From the human T2T-CHM13v2.0 reference genome, Homo sapiens, in NCBI RefSeq assembly GCF_009914755.1, contig NC_060939.1: a stretch of 64,000 bases of DNA; one strand, written 5' to 3'. A program made the translations under genes and the position numbers. Numbering within the stretch: position 1 is the stretch's first letter; each line of letters starts with the position of its first letter. Of the stretch, positions 29,390 to 43,500 are shown in pieces. The notes under the pieces are model-generated. The model made no database searches. It saw nothing but the letters and a program-made list of their open reading frames with translations, and had not been told where the DNA came from.

Positions 29390-29615
29390 TTCACATTTAT
29401 GGAGCATATTGTATTATAGATGCCCAACCCAGCACATAGATCTTCAAATATATTATCTAATTTCATTCTCACACCATTTCTATGAGACAGGCATGGTTAA
29501 CTCCATTTTAGAAATGAGGAAATTTAGGCTTCGAAGAATTAAATCAGTCACCAGAGGTCACATTGCATGTGGGAGTCAGAATTCAGACTTAGGTCTAACT
29601 TCAAATTTCATGCTC
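29390..29615 (-). mobile_element. MIR
   Basis: ccattttagaaatgaggaaatttaggcttcgaagaattaaatcagtcaccagaggtcaca. Confidence 0.75.
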
Positions 29616-31811
29616 TTAAGAACAAAGTTATGAGCATTTGAGTTTTGAATTATAATCTCTCTATAAAGTGTGGAATCACTTCCCTTAAGTTTGCAGGAGT
29701 TGGAGGAATCTCAAGCCATGACTTTGTATCCTGCTTTCTTCTACCTATGACTACTCAATTCTACCTAATAAATGCATCACAGATTTGGTGACTGATGCTT
29801 TGACAAACTCAACAAATTTTGGGAGTGCTAACATCCCTAATGAGGAACGAAACCCTATGTCAATGCTAGCAAATTCTAAGTTGTCACAAATTACTAGCTA
29901 TTAACCAATCGTCAAATTGCAACAATTTATTCAACCAATGTGTATTTATCACAAACTAAGCACTGAGCACTCCGCGCTCATTATGAGGGTGCTACACAGA
30001 GCTGACCTACAAAATAAGCACTAGATGAGTGGCCCTCCATAATCAAGATTGATTTTTCAATTCTTGTTTTCCTTACCTCCTACTGGCAAGTGTACCATAA
30101 AAACTAAGCAAATGTTACTAGACAACATGACTAGAAAGAGGTCAGGTTTAAGTAAAATCTTTTTTTTTTAGGAGTTACCTCCATGCACATGAAAAAGTTA
30201 AGTCACAGCTTCAGAGATTACTGTCTCTAGGGTAGAGATGTTATATAAGGTAGGAAGACGTCCATGAACTTCATTTTCCACTTTCACTATCTGCCTACAA
30301 AGCAGCAGGTTTCAAGGTCCCTATCAATGTTCAAAGGGAAGCTTCTGTGATATTTCTGCATTAAATGCCCAACATTTAGTATAACATACCAATGTATAAA
30401 AGTACCAATTTTTCCTCTAATTTTTAAAAAGTCTGACACATTATTTTTGCTGTAATTTTACGTTAGCCAGGGCCCAATTTCTTTTTTTCTTTTTTGCCAG
30501 CTGAAAGCAACTCATATTTTATACTGGCAGAAAATGAGCATCTAGAATTCCTTTTAGAACAAGAAATAGAGAGAAAACTCTCATCCATTTAGTGGCTAAT
30601 AACTATGCTAGGATATGTAGTGCATGTGTGTAGAAACATCAGTCTGGTTGGATAAAGAAGAGAAATTCTGTTTCTACTCTCAGTTTTTTAAGGTGATTGA
30701 TGATGTTAAAGGTCACTGATTCTCCCAATATGTCTATGTTCCTATGTATAAAATAGGAAGAACATTCTTTAGAGGTATTGCAGTTTTCTGAGCTAACTGC
30801 TATGAAGCGTTCAAAATCTTGCAGAAAGTCTCTTGACAAACAAGACAAAATCAACTTTTTCTCATCATATGGCAAAGATAGTCTTAACTGTACCACAAGC
30901 CTCTTCTTGGTCATTTCAAAATTGGAGAGACAAGGTATACCCAGCCTAATTCTCCTTCCCACAGCCAAAAGGGGGTGTGACACATCCAAGTGGGCAATCC
31001 CCCCACACATTACTGAGGGGTAGAATGTAGGAATGCAGAAGAGTTTCACCTCACTTGATAACCAAGAGGGACTGTAATTCTAGACCTCCTGAATGCCCCG
31101 ATCATGACAAAAATACCTTCTGGGATCCTCCAACAATAAGAGAGTCAGCGAAAAATTTATGGACAGTAGATGCAACACCCATCAGTGGCAACCAGTTCTA
31201 ATATTTGCTAAACCAGAGATCTATGACAGTGAGATGTAGACAAGGTGGGGTTTTGCAGCTGTTTCCCAGAAATTTCCCATGGGTGGACAGTATATCCAGT
31301 CCATTGCTCACCACCTGCAGCAAGCAGAACCAAGCCATCCACTCCAAATGAGGAAAGACTGTTGTTTTCTCACCTCCTTCCTCTTTCATGGATTTGCCAC
31401 CCAACCTCCAACTCAATGGCCGCTTAAAAAAAAATGCATCAAGCTAGTTGTTAATACAATTCATGTCAAGAGTAAAAGTCTGCTGGGATCCTCATTTATA
31501 CATTTTAGAGGGTGTAACCAAATGTGCTTACTTTTAATGAAACACTCAAGGGATATTCAAGGCACATTGTTTGATTAATACAATGAAGAATAACTACATG
31601 GAGAGCTGGGTTAATGGAACATTCTGCACAAGTATAGTGGAAGTCCATGAGACTTCTGAATATAAAGGAAGTTATTTTTACACAATTACAATTGAAAATT
31701 GATCCTGAGCCCATGCTGACCCACCTCTTAAAAACAAGATGCAGGAAGACTCCCTACAAAATTAAACTCTATCCAAAGGTACTTCAATGAGAGAAGCAGA
31801 GTCCCGGACCA

Positions 31812-32090
31812 CATTTTCCAGAGTGTGTTCTGAGAAAGACTGGCCCCCAGAGATAATGCATAAAAGCGTTTCAATGGTTAAATGAGTCTGGAAAGCTCTG
31901 TCTCTCCACACTTTGCAGACTTGAAATGCATATTAGCAAATTAGGGGATCTGAACATTCCTGTAGCAGAGGATACCCTGCTCTACTGCAGCTTTCAATCT
32001 ATTTAACCACAAAGTTCTTTTTTGTTTCTGTTTGTTTGTTCATTTAAAGTAATGCCTATTTAAATATTCTTGGAACCATAGTTTTCTAAA
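31812..32090. mobile_element. Probable old hAT-family DNA transposon fossil
   Basis: ttttccagagtgtgttc...atgcatattagca...atttaaccac resembles Charlie-derived MER elements; subfamily not determined. Confidence 0.35.
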
Positions 32091-32841
32091 TATTGAAGAA
32101 GATATATTTACTCAATCCTGTTAAGTCATCCCTAGGTGTTAATAATTGCAACAATGCTAAAAAAATTTATAAAAATGTGCCCTTGTGCCCTGTCTACAAG
32201 TTTCTAGAATGGTGTCACATACATGGGATCTAAGGAATCACAATAATTTAAGTGCCTAAAGTACTTTAGAGAGAATGTCAAAGCTTTATTTTTTTTAAAG
32301 AGCTATTTGAAATTTGCTTCTTCCCTCAAAAGAATATCCAGTCTTTCAAACAGGCCGTATTTCAGGGAAGCATACGGGTCTGCTATTTTGACCATGGAGG
32401 ACATAGCAGAGAATTTGTCATTGGTATTCAAAAGGAAGGCAATTATGTCACTACCCCCATTCAAAATTGTTCAATAGGTCCCTATTACCTAGCAAATCAA
32501 GCACAAACTCCCCAGTCTGCTATTCAATGTCCTTCACAATATGGACCCAATCTTCCTTTCAAAAAAAAATAATTATTATTGAAGGCCTCCTATATTATTG
32601 TAGCACAGTGGGGGCTAGAAGAGGGAGGAGATGCCTAAAACATAGAAACTGTCCTCAAGAATCTTACAGTCAAGCAAGATAATAAGTAAGTCATGTAACC
32701 AATTACTGTAGCACCAGGGGAACCTCGTGTGTCCGAAATGTGTAATCAGACTTCAGAGGAAAAGATCTGCTTCCAACTAGAAGTCCGGGCTTGGGGCTTG
32801 GGGCCAGGCTTAGAGTAGGTGGATGCTTTTCTAGCTTTACA

Positions 32842-32889
32842 ATTCATAACTTCTCTTTTCCAGGGATTCATAACTTCTCTTTTCCAGGG
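32842..32889. repeat. Exact 24-bp tandem duplication
   Basis: attcataacttctcttttccaggg x2. Confidence 0.95.
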
Positions 32890-33039
32890 ATAAATGTGGG
32901 ATTTCATTTTTAGTTCTTCATCATGATGTTTGTTGCATGGGGTCAGTTTTCAATTATTTTGAAAGCAACTTTTAAATAAAACATATTTATAACATTTACT
33001 TACTATGAATGAGGCATAAAATTACTATCATTTTACATA

Positions 33040-33220
33040 AATCACCTCATTTAATCCCTACTTTCCACTCCAAATCTATTAGATTAGGTATTATTTATTA
33101 CCCTCCTTTTACAGATGTAAAGTGAAGGATGGGAGATTTGCCCATGATAAGTGACAGATCTGAGGATATAAAGGCACGTAGGCCAACACTAGAGGCCATA
33201 CCTTTAACCACTATGCTACA
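33040..33220 (-). mobile_element. MIR fragment
   Basis: ctcatttaatcc...aggtattatttattaccctccttttacagatg...tttaaccactatgctaca. Confidence 0.65.
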
Positions 33221-33674
33221 TTGCCTGTGAGTGCTCTATGCCCCAAAAAGAATCATTATTCACCCAACATGCATCAAGCGTTTCCACTTTGACAACTTTG
33301 CATGTGCAAATGAAATATTCTTCCTCCTCTTCTCTACTGGTTGGTAGATATGCATACTTCAAACACATGGCAGGGAAAAAGAAAACTACCTCGACTATGG
33401 TGCCTGCACTGAGGGAGAGACCTGCATGTTACTGTGGACTTTGTCCTCTTCCTTTCTCCCCACATGTAATATCAGTCCTCTCCCCTCCAACTCTACTGCC
33501 AATACTTTCATTCAACACGCACCCACCTTCTAGACTATTAATCTATATTCTATATGGAGTCTTCTTTCTCTCAAATGTATTCTCCACATTCTACAAGAGT
33601 TATTTTTAAAAATGTAAACCCCATCATAAACTCCTTTTGCTTAAACTTCTTTAAAATGAGTTATTCACATCCCA

Positions 33675-33840
33675 GAACAGGGTTTCCCAGGCATATGGCC
33701 TGGAAAATCAGATTCCCAGCATTTCCCACTGGAAAGTCCTGGTTGTGTAATTCCTGTGGTCTGTGGTGTGCCAGGGAATCTGTATTTATATGCATCTGAG
33801 GAGCTACTTATCACCAGGAAAGTTTGGTAAACAGTGCTCT
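33675..33840. mobile_element. MER5-like fossil
   Basis: cagattcccag...gggaatctgtattt...aagtttggtaaacagtg. Confidence 0.5.
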
Positions 33841-33859
33841 ACAGGATTAAGCATAAGCT

Positions 33860-34525
33860 TCTTAGTGTGGTAAAAAAGGATCTTCATGTACGCACCCACT
33901 TGCCTCTCCAGCCTCTTTTTTTTCACCATGCATTCTCTCATACAAACAGCAATATCAACCCAGTTGTTGCTCCATGCACAATATACTGCATCACACTTAT
34001 GCGCCTTCGCGCTGGCTGTTTTATCTGCTCCCTGCACCTTCCCTACTTTTTCCATTTGGAAACACCCACTGAAGGCCATCAAAATCTTTATTTATTTATT
34101 TATTTTGTATTATACTTTAAGTTTTAGGGTACATGTGCACAATGTGCGGGTTAGTTACATATGTATACATGTGCCATGTTGGTGTGCTGCACCCATTAAC
34201 TCGTCATTTAACATTAGGTATATCTCCTAATAATATCCCTCCCCCCTTCCCCCACCATCAAAATCTTTTAAAACCTTCCGAATTTTGTGAAGACTTCCAC
34301 AGATGTTTCAGACAGAAGTAATCACTCCCTCTTCTGAAATACCTTACAACCTATATGTTAAATGCAACATTAGAAGCATGTGTATTTATTCGTTTACCTT
34401 TCTGAGTTGCTTACTAAATATTACCAACTTGCTGAGGAAAGAGATCACATCTTGTTTGCTTCATACCCTAGAACCCAGGACAGTACTTGACACAATTATA
34501 TGGTCCATAAATGTTCAATGAAGAG
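33860..34525. mobile_element. Decayed L2, interrupted by the L1PA insertion
   Basis: gcctctccagcctc...gccttcgcgctggctgtt...cccaggacagtacttgacac...ataaatgttcaatgaa. Confidence 0.5.
34090..34254 (-). mobile_element. L1PA 3' end, 5'-truncated, with 14-bp TSD
   Basis: tattatactttaagttttagggtacatgtgcac...tgctgcacccattaactcgtcattt; TSD ccatcaaaatcttt at 34076-34089 and 34255-34268. Confidence 0.95.
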
Positions 34526-37500
34526 AATAATTTTGGGGCTCCACTATTAGTCAGTCACCAAAATGGACTTTTTAAAAGCAAGTGCTAATTTAATCCTAAC
34601 AACTGCCCTATGAGACAGTTATTATTCCCATTTTACAGGTGAAGAAACAAACATTCAGAAATATTGCTGCTTGGAAGTGGCAGGGCAAAGAGGAATGTTC
34701 AGATCCACCTGCTTCCAAAACTGCCGTTTAATCTGCAACAAGCTCCCCCTATAACTGAGTACCTGCCATGTGTAAGAGTTACTTGCACATTTGTCATGGT
34801 ACTCCCCCCACCACCACATACACACACAAACACACATCTTGGGAGAAGGTAAGCCGTTGAAGATAAGGACCCTTGTGATTTCCATATTTTTATTCCCAAG
34901 GTGCCTTGCTCAATGAATATCTTTGTGTATTAAATTTAAACAGCCTACACTAAGAAGAGGTCTTGAGAGAGTGAGAGCTCCCTGACTCCAGAGAGTGGTG
35001 TGCATCTACACATCAGCCCCAGTGTGTGACAACCTGTCAGAAAAGGACATCCATGAGGTAGAGTCCATAAGCTTCCAATAATCAATGATTTATCAACTTT
35101 TTTTCATCTTTCACATTTAGTACATGGAAATTTTGAAAGTTTTATTTTAGTGGATGGCATTTGTTACAAATGTTAGTTGGAAGAAGAGATATGAAATTTT
35201 ACACTCCCAGTCTACTTTCGTAAATCTTCAAACTTATAAAAAAAGAATGATTGGTTTTGAGGCAAGAGTCATATCTCCAGCTGGAAGGGTTAAGGAATAA
35301 GTGTTTTGATTAAACAAATATTTCATTGACTAAGATAAGGTACTTATCTATATTTTATATGAATTTACAGTCTAAATAATTATAATTTGGCTAAATATAT
35401 ATGTAACTGTAAAATTCTCCTGAAAATTATTTAGGTTTTTTTCTGGAATGATTTGGAACATATTTCAGGAGTGGGTAGAATCTCAGCCTCTGTAATAATG
35501 ATCGTTTATTGTTCCACTTGTGAAGTATAGAAAATTCCAACTGAGTGAGTTCTAATTAGATAATGGAGGATGGAGACGTTGCTCTGTGTTTTCAAAACAC
35601 GCCTCATATTTTAGCAGATAGAACAGTCTATTGGTATTAATACTACCACCTTAGATGTCCTATATCTGAATTGTGGCATTCCACTATCCTCAGAAAATAA
35701 ACTCTAATGCCTAGTCATATTTTTGCCAAACTGAGAAGAAAAAGGCTCTCCTGGCAACCAAAAACAAAAAACAGAAATATTACTTCACTGTGTATAATAA
35801 ATCAAAAAAATTAAAAAGTTCATGTTATACCCCAGATGAAAAGCTTGTGGCCTCCCTTTATGTTAAAAGATAAAATGTACAAATAAAAATTAAGACCCAT
35901 GAATGGAAACATTAGATTTCTGGAGCTTGGATTTAAAAGATCATCTAATTCAATCTTATTTTACAGGTGAGCAAAAGTCCAAAGAGATTAAAGGACACAG
36001 CCAAGGTCATATAGCTAATTAATGTCAGCATAGGACAAAGGGAAGAGAGAGAGTAATAAAGGAACCAACGGTTACTGGTTCCAGGCAATGTTATTTGCTG
36101 AACACATGGAATCTCTCTTAATATAAGTGAGATTATATTAAGCACTTCACTTTCCAGATGTAGTGACTGAATCTGGCAGATATTGAGTAAAACTGGGATT
36201 GGAACTCATGTCTCTCTGTCTTCTAGGTCTGTGCCCTTTTCAATGCAATCATGACTTTTGAGCATAGGTCTCGACTCATAGTTCAAGATTCTAGACAGTA
36301 ACCCATGTAGATGAAAAAGAACTCACTACAAGGTTTTGCTTGCATCACCAAAAATAATTATATTTGCCCAAATGCAAACTATGAAAATCTGGAGGACATG
36401 TGTAGAAAATCGACAACAGGAGGTGGGGCCTAAAAATTCATGAAATACTTCCAGGCTCCTTTACCTGTGTGTGAAGACCCACCAATGACTTCCATGAGGT
36501 CAATCCTATCCTAAACAACACTTATTAGCAAAATGGATCCTGAGTCCATGAGAACTATTTGCCACACCAAGCAATTTTCCACTATTAGATATACCATTAC
36601 ATTTAAAGACATCCATCTATACATTTTGTATAGATAACATAATGAAATTGCATCTCCAAATTCTGACCATATGCACATAATATAAGACATTAAAGGACAA
36701 ATAAGTCCCATTTTAAGTACTATCTTAAAGTAATACTTAAAATAGAAACCTAAAATTTAAGAACCTACCTACAACGAAATAATGCTAAGTTTGAGCTGAT
36801 GGTCCATTGACATATTTAAGACAGTAATGAATACAACATAAGTTCAGTAAAACAAAATAATTTTTATCTCTTAAAGATGTAATGGAATTTGATGGAATAT
36901 ATCCATACGTTCCAAAGAGTTCATTTATGTTCAGGCACACATCAGTGAACCAATACACACCAAGTTTTGATCAACTTATACATCTTAAAAAAGGAAAAAA
37001 GAAAAATCTGTGGATTTTGTTTATTGCTTCAAAAATGGACATACTAATGCCAGATAATCGAAGAAGTGATAATCTGCACCTTGGAAAAGCAGGGAGAGAG
37101 AGAGAGACTAGGAATCAAATAATTACAACGCAGTGTGAAAGATGTTATAATAGAGGTAAAAAGTGCCATGGGAGTGCAGAGAAGGAGCCACGGCCTCATA
37201 CCTGGGCAGATCAGGAAGGCTCACAGAGAAGATAATATCAGAACAGGATTTTCATCTGTACGAATTTCCAAGGCAGGCAGAAGAGAAGGACACACTCCCT
37301 CTAGGTCTCTTTCATTATTTTTTTTTTCGAGACCTTGTGTTCCAGCAAGCTGAGGAAACTTATTGCTGTATAGCAGGGATACTAAAGTGGTTCACTTTCA
37401 TTTTAATGAGGAACTAGATTTCAGTGAAACCCCGTTGTTGCTTTTTTGCTGGTCCTCAGAAAGACAGTGAATAACTCAAGACTACCGAGGGATAAATTTG

Positions 37501-40500
37501 GTATATAAAAGTGGTGTATATTATTGTCTGCTGTGACATAAAATATTTTTAAAGGCCAAATTAAAAGCAAATTTCCACATGTGAAAATAAAAAGTGATTC
37601 TCCTACTACCCTCCTCCCCAGCAAAAAAGCAATAAGACTTTCAACAAACTCTCTGAGGGTAGAAATCGGAAAGAAAGAAGGGGAAAAAATAACATGGCGT
37701 CATCACAGACTATTCTTCTGAAGCAAAGTAAAGACAATGAAGGGAAAAATAGAACACGTGTATTACAATGTATAGCACCATAAGGCTGTGTTTGGTGCTC
37801 TGGAGGGCTTCAACAAGTACTGTTCAGCCAAAAATCAATTGAAAAATCAGCATGATAACAGAGCATGAGTTGCCCTATAATAGCCTTAAGACCCCCAAGG
37901 CTATGTGAGTCCCTTTCATCTGGCACACAGCACTGACTCTAGGGGACCCTCACTTCCCCTCCCTGAGTCCTGTGCCCATCTGTATTTCTTACCTACTGCT
38001 TTACTCTTCCTTAGAAAGCATGGCTGACAAGGAATGATGATGTTTTAAAGTGGTTTTTGAGAATTTTTTCTTTTCTGCTTTATTCTCTTCCTTGACATTT
38101 GCACTTAAATTTATCCTATAATATGAGTCATAGACTATTTCCACAATATTAAATGGTCAGCTGTAATCTCTGAGTCACCTAATGAGTTAATAGTCTTATG
38201 TTTTGCCTTAACTAAACTGCCCCTTAATAAAATCCCAGTTCAGGCTTATGCAAATGTGACATGTAAGCAATTCACAGCATTGTTATAAATATACATATAT
38301 ATTTCATTCCAAGATTTCATCTCAATATTTCTTCAATCACTTCCTCACAATGTCTGGTTTGTTCAATTTATATTTCTCCTTGGCATTTGGTGCAGACCCC
38401 CAAAGATAAGATACATCTGTCCCTTAGTCACAAATCTTGGCATTTTTACCTTAACTCAGTCGTGAAATGATTGGTTGAAAATTACCTTGCTTATTAGCAG
38501 GATTTCCTCATAATAAAACATTTTATTTCCAAACTTTCAAATTTGACACGAGATGTACTAACTCAGTAGTGACATATCAAAGCTCAAGGAGGACATATAA
38601 ATACCCTGATCCGTGTGAGGAAAGGAGAAGCTAATTGGAAGTCAGCTTCCCTGTGATTATCAGCTTGTTTATGAGGAGGGAGGACTCTTCTGAATGGCAC
38701 TGTAAACTCATCCCTGATTATGGCGTTAAAACCAGAGCTCATTTCTACAAGTTCCCCGAAAGCCCCCTACCCAATCCATTTTGTTTAGTTATAAAAGGGT
38801 TGTGCATTGCTTTCAGAGAATGACAGTTTTTCATGCTTTGATTTTCTCCAGTTTCAAGAAAAATTAATCAGTTGCACAAGCCAGTTGTCAGATTTCACTT
38901 CCCTCATGGCAGAAAGCACACATATTCATTGTCTGCTATAAGAATAAATTTTAGTAATTTTTCCCCATGTCAATATGAATATTAGACTGACCCAATTAAT
39001 ATGAAATGCTTCTATGGTGCTGGAACAGACAGTGCTACAGAAAGAGCCATTTGCACAACCTGTTCATGATTATGGGCCATAAGGACACAAAGATGGCACA
39101 CACATTTGTGGACCATCTGAATTCTTATACCGAGAGGGGAGGGGGAAGGGGGAGCGGCATGACGTTAGCTTGACTGTCCTGGGTCATGTTTTTTAATCCA
39201 GAGTATTGGACATGTAACACAGCAACAAGAGCTGATCATTTTGTTTAATCACCTTTTGGATCTTTGCCAGATGGTCTCTATTGAGAGCGCTGCAAACAGA
39301 GAGAGATGAACTGCATCTAACACGCCACCAGAGCTTTCCCGTAAATGTCTGAGAACTGATTCCAACAAGAATTTAGTCTCAGAGCAGAAAGGGATACATT
39401 TAAAAACTATGTGCATTAACTATACTTTTCCCCATAGAATCCTCACTTGGCATGAATAATTTACCCACTCTTATGCTAATGGGATCATGAAAGTATCCCT
39501 CTGTCTTTAGTGCAGCTATTCTCAGCTTTCAGTAATTACCCCACCCAGTGAAAATAACATGGCTTCTGCATTGAACGGCTGACTCGTACCTGACAATTAG
39601 AAAGATCATGGCTGACAGTGGAAGAGTCTAGAACTGGACAGAGAAACCCTTGTAGCCCAAGGAAGAGCAGAGCCATAGAGTAACACTGGCCGTGAGTGGG
39701 AATGCATGCCGGTGAGAAGTGGCAAGAAGGGTAAAAAGAAAAATTCTCCACTGTCAAGCTTTTCTTTCTTTGACTTATTATCGAGATTTTACTTAAATAA
39801 AAATATGGTTCTCTTTCAATTACCAGATGTGAAAGACATTCATGACCAAATTAATTTTGAAAAAAAAAAAAAGCAATATCTAAGGAAAAAAACCATAGTT
39901 ACCATTAAAGCACATCTCCATTAAATATCTATTTCACCAGAGTTTTAAAAAATCTAAATAATGAAAAATCCTTTGCATTTTGCTTTTTGGAAGGAAAAAA
40001 GGATTGCCAGGAAAAAACAACCAAAAAAAAAAAAAAAAAAAAAACACCAAAAAAGAAAACTCATTTTCTACCTCTGTCCACAAAACTCCATGTTAGGTAG
40101 TTCACTGTGTAAAAATTATCAGGCTAAAACATCTGGGAAAGAAAGCTATGAAACAGCAGGGAACGTGGCTGGTTTATTGTTTATCTTTTGTTTATGAGGC
40201 AGTATTCAAGTTTAATTACTACTCTAAATTAAACTCTAACTGGCATCAGGAGACATCCCTTTACATGACTCAGTTAAAAAAAAAATCTAGAAATCCCAAA
40301 TCTGGGTTTCTCAAGTAAGTTGATACATATAGGAAGAAATTACTCAAAATTAACAGCAATTATAGAAACCTTTTAAGCATTTATGGGCACCATTACATGC
40401 TCCTAGAGCATTTATTTATTAGAAGAATTTAATTTTACTTCTAATGGTTACTACTCTAAAAAGTCTTGAGAAAAATCAACAGAAAATCTTTGGATGTTTG

Positions 40501-43500
40501 CTGATGGTTAAAGAATGGCATTATTTTAAATTTTATTTGGGGGGAGAAAAGAGAAAGAAAATGCAATGTAAATAGTCCATATACAACAGTTTATTCTATG
40601 GCAATGTTCAATTATCAATTATAGTCTCACAGAATTTTTTTGACACAATTAGGAGGACAGGAAGGAAAAAAAATGTCATTGTATTTATCATAACAGTAAG
40701 TGACCAGTTTTGGATGAACTTAGCTCTAGGAAAAATAAAAGTTAGAAGCAACTAGCAAAAGATTATGCCAGATGGCATCTGTCATATTGTATTTAGGGTT
40801 ATTTTAAAGAGATTGCCGCCACTATGAAAACATTCCATTGACAGAGTTTTCCTAGACTGAATAAGAAATCCCAGTAGAACATATTCAGGACCCACAGTAA
40901 GTGGGTTTGAAGCCCCCTCCTCCTCTTTAAATATATAACTGGAATACTTTGGTGGGAAAAAAAATACTATTTTATAACTATAACATGTATTATAAGCTCA
41001 AAAGTGCAATACTATCTTAGACATTTGCTTACCTATAAACACTTACATTCACTACTAAGGAGATATTTGTAGGTTTCAACACCATGATTGCTAAACAACT
41101 GTATAATACATAAATAAATATCTAGCTATGAGGAATTCTAGCCTCATCGCCTGGAAAATAGATGGGGACATCAACAGAGGGACGTGGTAGGTGGCAGAGT
41201 TAGGGAGAACTATGCTGGCTTGTACAGCCCTGTGTCCTGAAAGATTAGAGCAATATAGATTCTAGAATGCTAATGTATTTAGGTTAACTGGGTCTGGCAA
41301 CAGTATGGTTAACGTGCGTGTGGTGTGCAGTGTGAGCTCAGCAGTTACTGGGCCAACTGTCTCGGTATTTCTGGGAATCCTGCCTATTCACAGTGCAGGG
41401 ATTGTTCAATTGCTGCAAAATGTACAAAATGAATTTTACAAAAATGAATTGTAAGGAAGGCCCCATTACAACGATTTTACAGCAAAGATGTCAACATCAA
41501 TTTTTCTTTCATGCATAGCTAATGATTAAAACAGCATATTCCATTTGCCTAAGACAATTTATTTCATATTGGCACATCAAAATATTGAAATACAAAGTTA
41601 TCTTTACTCTACCCTTTTTATTCATTGCGGCTGAACCCATACCATTGTTCAAACCAGGAAAAATAAAACAAACTTGGCACGAAATACTTAAAACAAAGGC
41701 TCATCAATATTCTCCAATTTGTCAACATCTCAATTACAGCACTGGAAAAAATGTAAATTTCATGTGCTCTAAACACTGAGGGGTCTATTCTCTTGCCAAT
41801 TCACATGCGTAACTCCCATCAGTGTTAATGGGAGCTACACAAACCCATCAATAATAATAATACTTTGTACATATATTGTGTCTTTCATCTAAGGCTCTCA
41901 AAGTGCTCTAGGAACAAGGGGCTGCTTCCTAGTCGTTACTCTGGCAAAATACACAGTGAAATACAAAGCAGCTTTTGACTCAGCAGGTACAGAATTAGGG
42001 ATCTCTAGACTTATTATCAAACCCCATTTTACTGATGGGAAGCCAGACACAAAGAGGGCCAGTTACTTCCCCAGAGCCCCAAGTCTGCACCCTAATTCCA
42101 TCCTTGAAAAACCAGATTTTCTTCCTCCGTCTAATGTGACTAACAAGACAAACTCCCTTCCTTTGGCTGCTTTTAGCAAGAGAAATCAGTGAATGAAAAG
42201 TCTGGTTCATATTTATATAGCTTACTGTTAGACATGTGCTCTTTGAAAGATAGTAAAGTCAGGTTTCACATTTTACCAAGTTTATTTCTTAAGATATTTT
42301 AAAAATGTGATATACATTTTTTCTCCTCCTTTTGGTTCATTGCTGAAACACTATGGAGGAAAAGATGAACTTTCACCTGTGTAACTGTAGCTGTTTCACT
42401 ATCAGGTCATAAAACAAGGTATTTTTAGGTTCCAAAGTAAAGTTTCTATGAATCATTATAGTAAACATAATCACAAAAATTATAAAGCAACATAAATACA
42501 TGTATTGTTTTATAGCATGTGGCTATTAAAGTTTAATTTAAAATGTGTATGAAAACATTGTATTTAGTACAATTCATCCCTATTTTTTGTGTTTATCATA
42601 ATTTGTTTTGAAACTGAATCATTTTACAGTTTTCCATATGCCTGTTTTGCTAATAAATTCTGAATGCGAAAACTCTTTGCGAAACTACAAACTTGATTTC
42701 CAATGAAACATTATAATATATTTAATACTAAGGACATAAATTTCTCTCCCACGTTTTCCATTATACATCAACCCTAAGATTTAACCTAGGATAAGCATAT
42801 GCGATTTCAGTCAATATCTCTGTTGACTTTGCCCTGAAGCAGATAATTAATCTTTCCCACTGAAACTACTCTGGACAATTCGGTGGGACAAAATATCAAA
42901 ATACCTTGAAACCCTGTTTAAAAGACTAATATAGGCATGAGTATGACAACATACACTCAAGTCTGGCCTTCAAATTTTAAAGTCTGCTGTAAAAAGCCAG
43001 AATGCTCTTATATATGTGTTTTAATCACTGATGTGGTAAGCCAGGTAGGAAATTTTCTATGCCAAAATAGTCCCCATTTTATAGAAATCATACCTTTTTT
43101 TTCTTTCAAACTTCGATACAGTAAAATGACTGACTTCCTAGTACTCATACACATAAGCTACCATGTCCATTCTTTAATCCCGCAGAGACATGATTAAAGG
43201 AACAGAATCCTACAGGGATCAAATCCTTCAGCATTGGATAAGTGGGTGCATCTACCCACAGCACAGAAGTTTGTGTGATTGTTTTTACCTATATATCAGT
43301 CTCAGAATTCTTCTCTTTCCTAAAAAACAAAACTAACTAACCGAAACGCTAAAACTTTATGCTTTGCTCGTTATTACAAGTAATCCCCACTCCAAACCCT
43401 GGGTTCTTCTTTCTCCCACCTCCTCTTCTCTCTGGCCCTTTCTTGCTATCTCCCTTGCCATAACTCAACTAACCCAACAGAACCAGTCAGTTTTAAATTT

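Noticed and set aside
30639-31049. 136-aa minus-strand ORF and overlapping ORFs
   Set aside because: Non-ATG start, no recognisable domain and no convincing exon boundaries; within chance for 64 kb.
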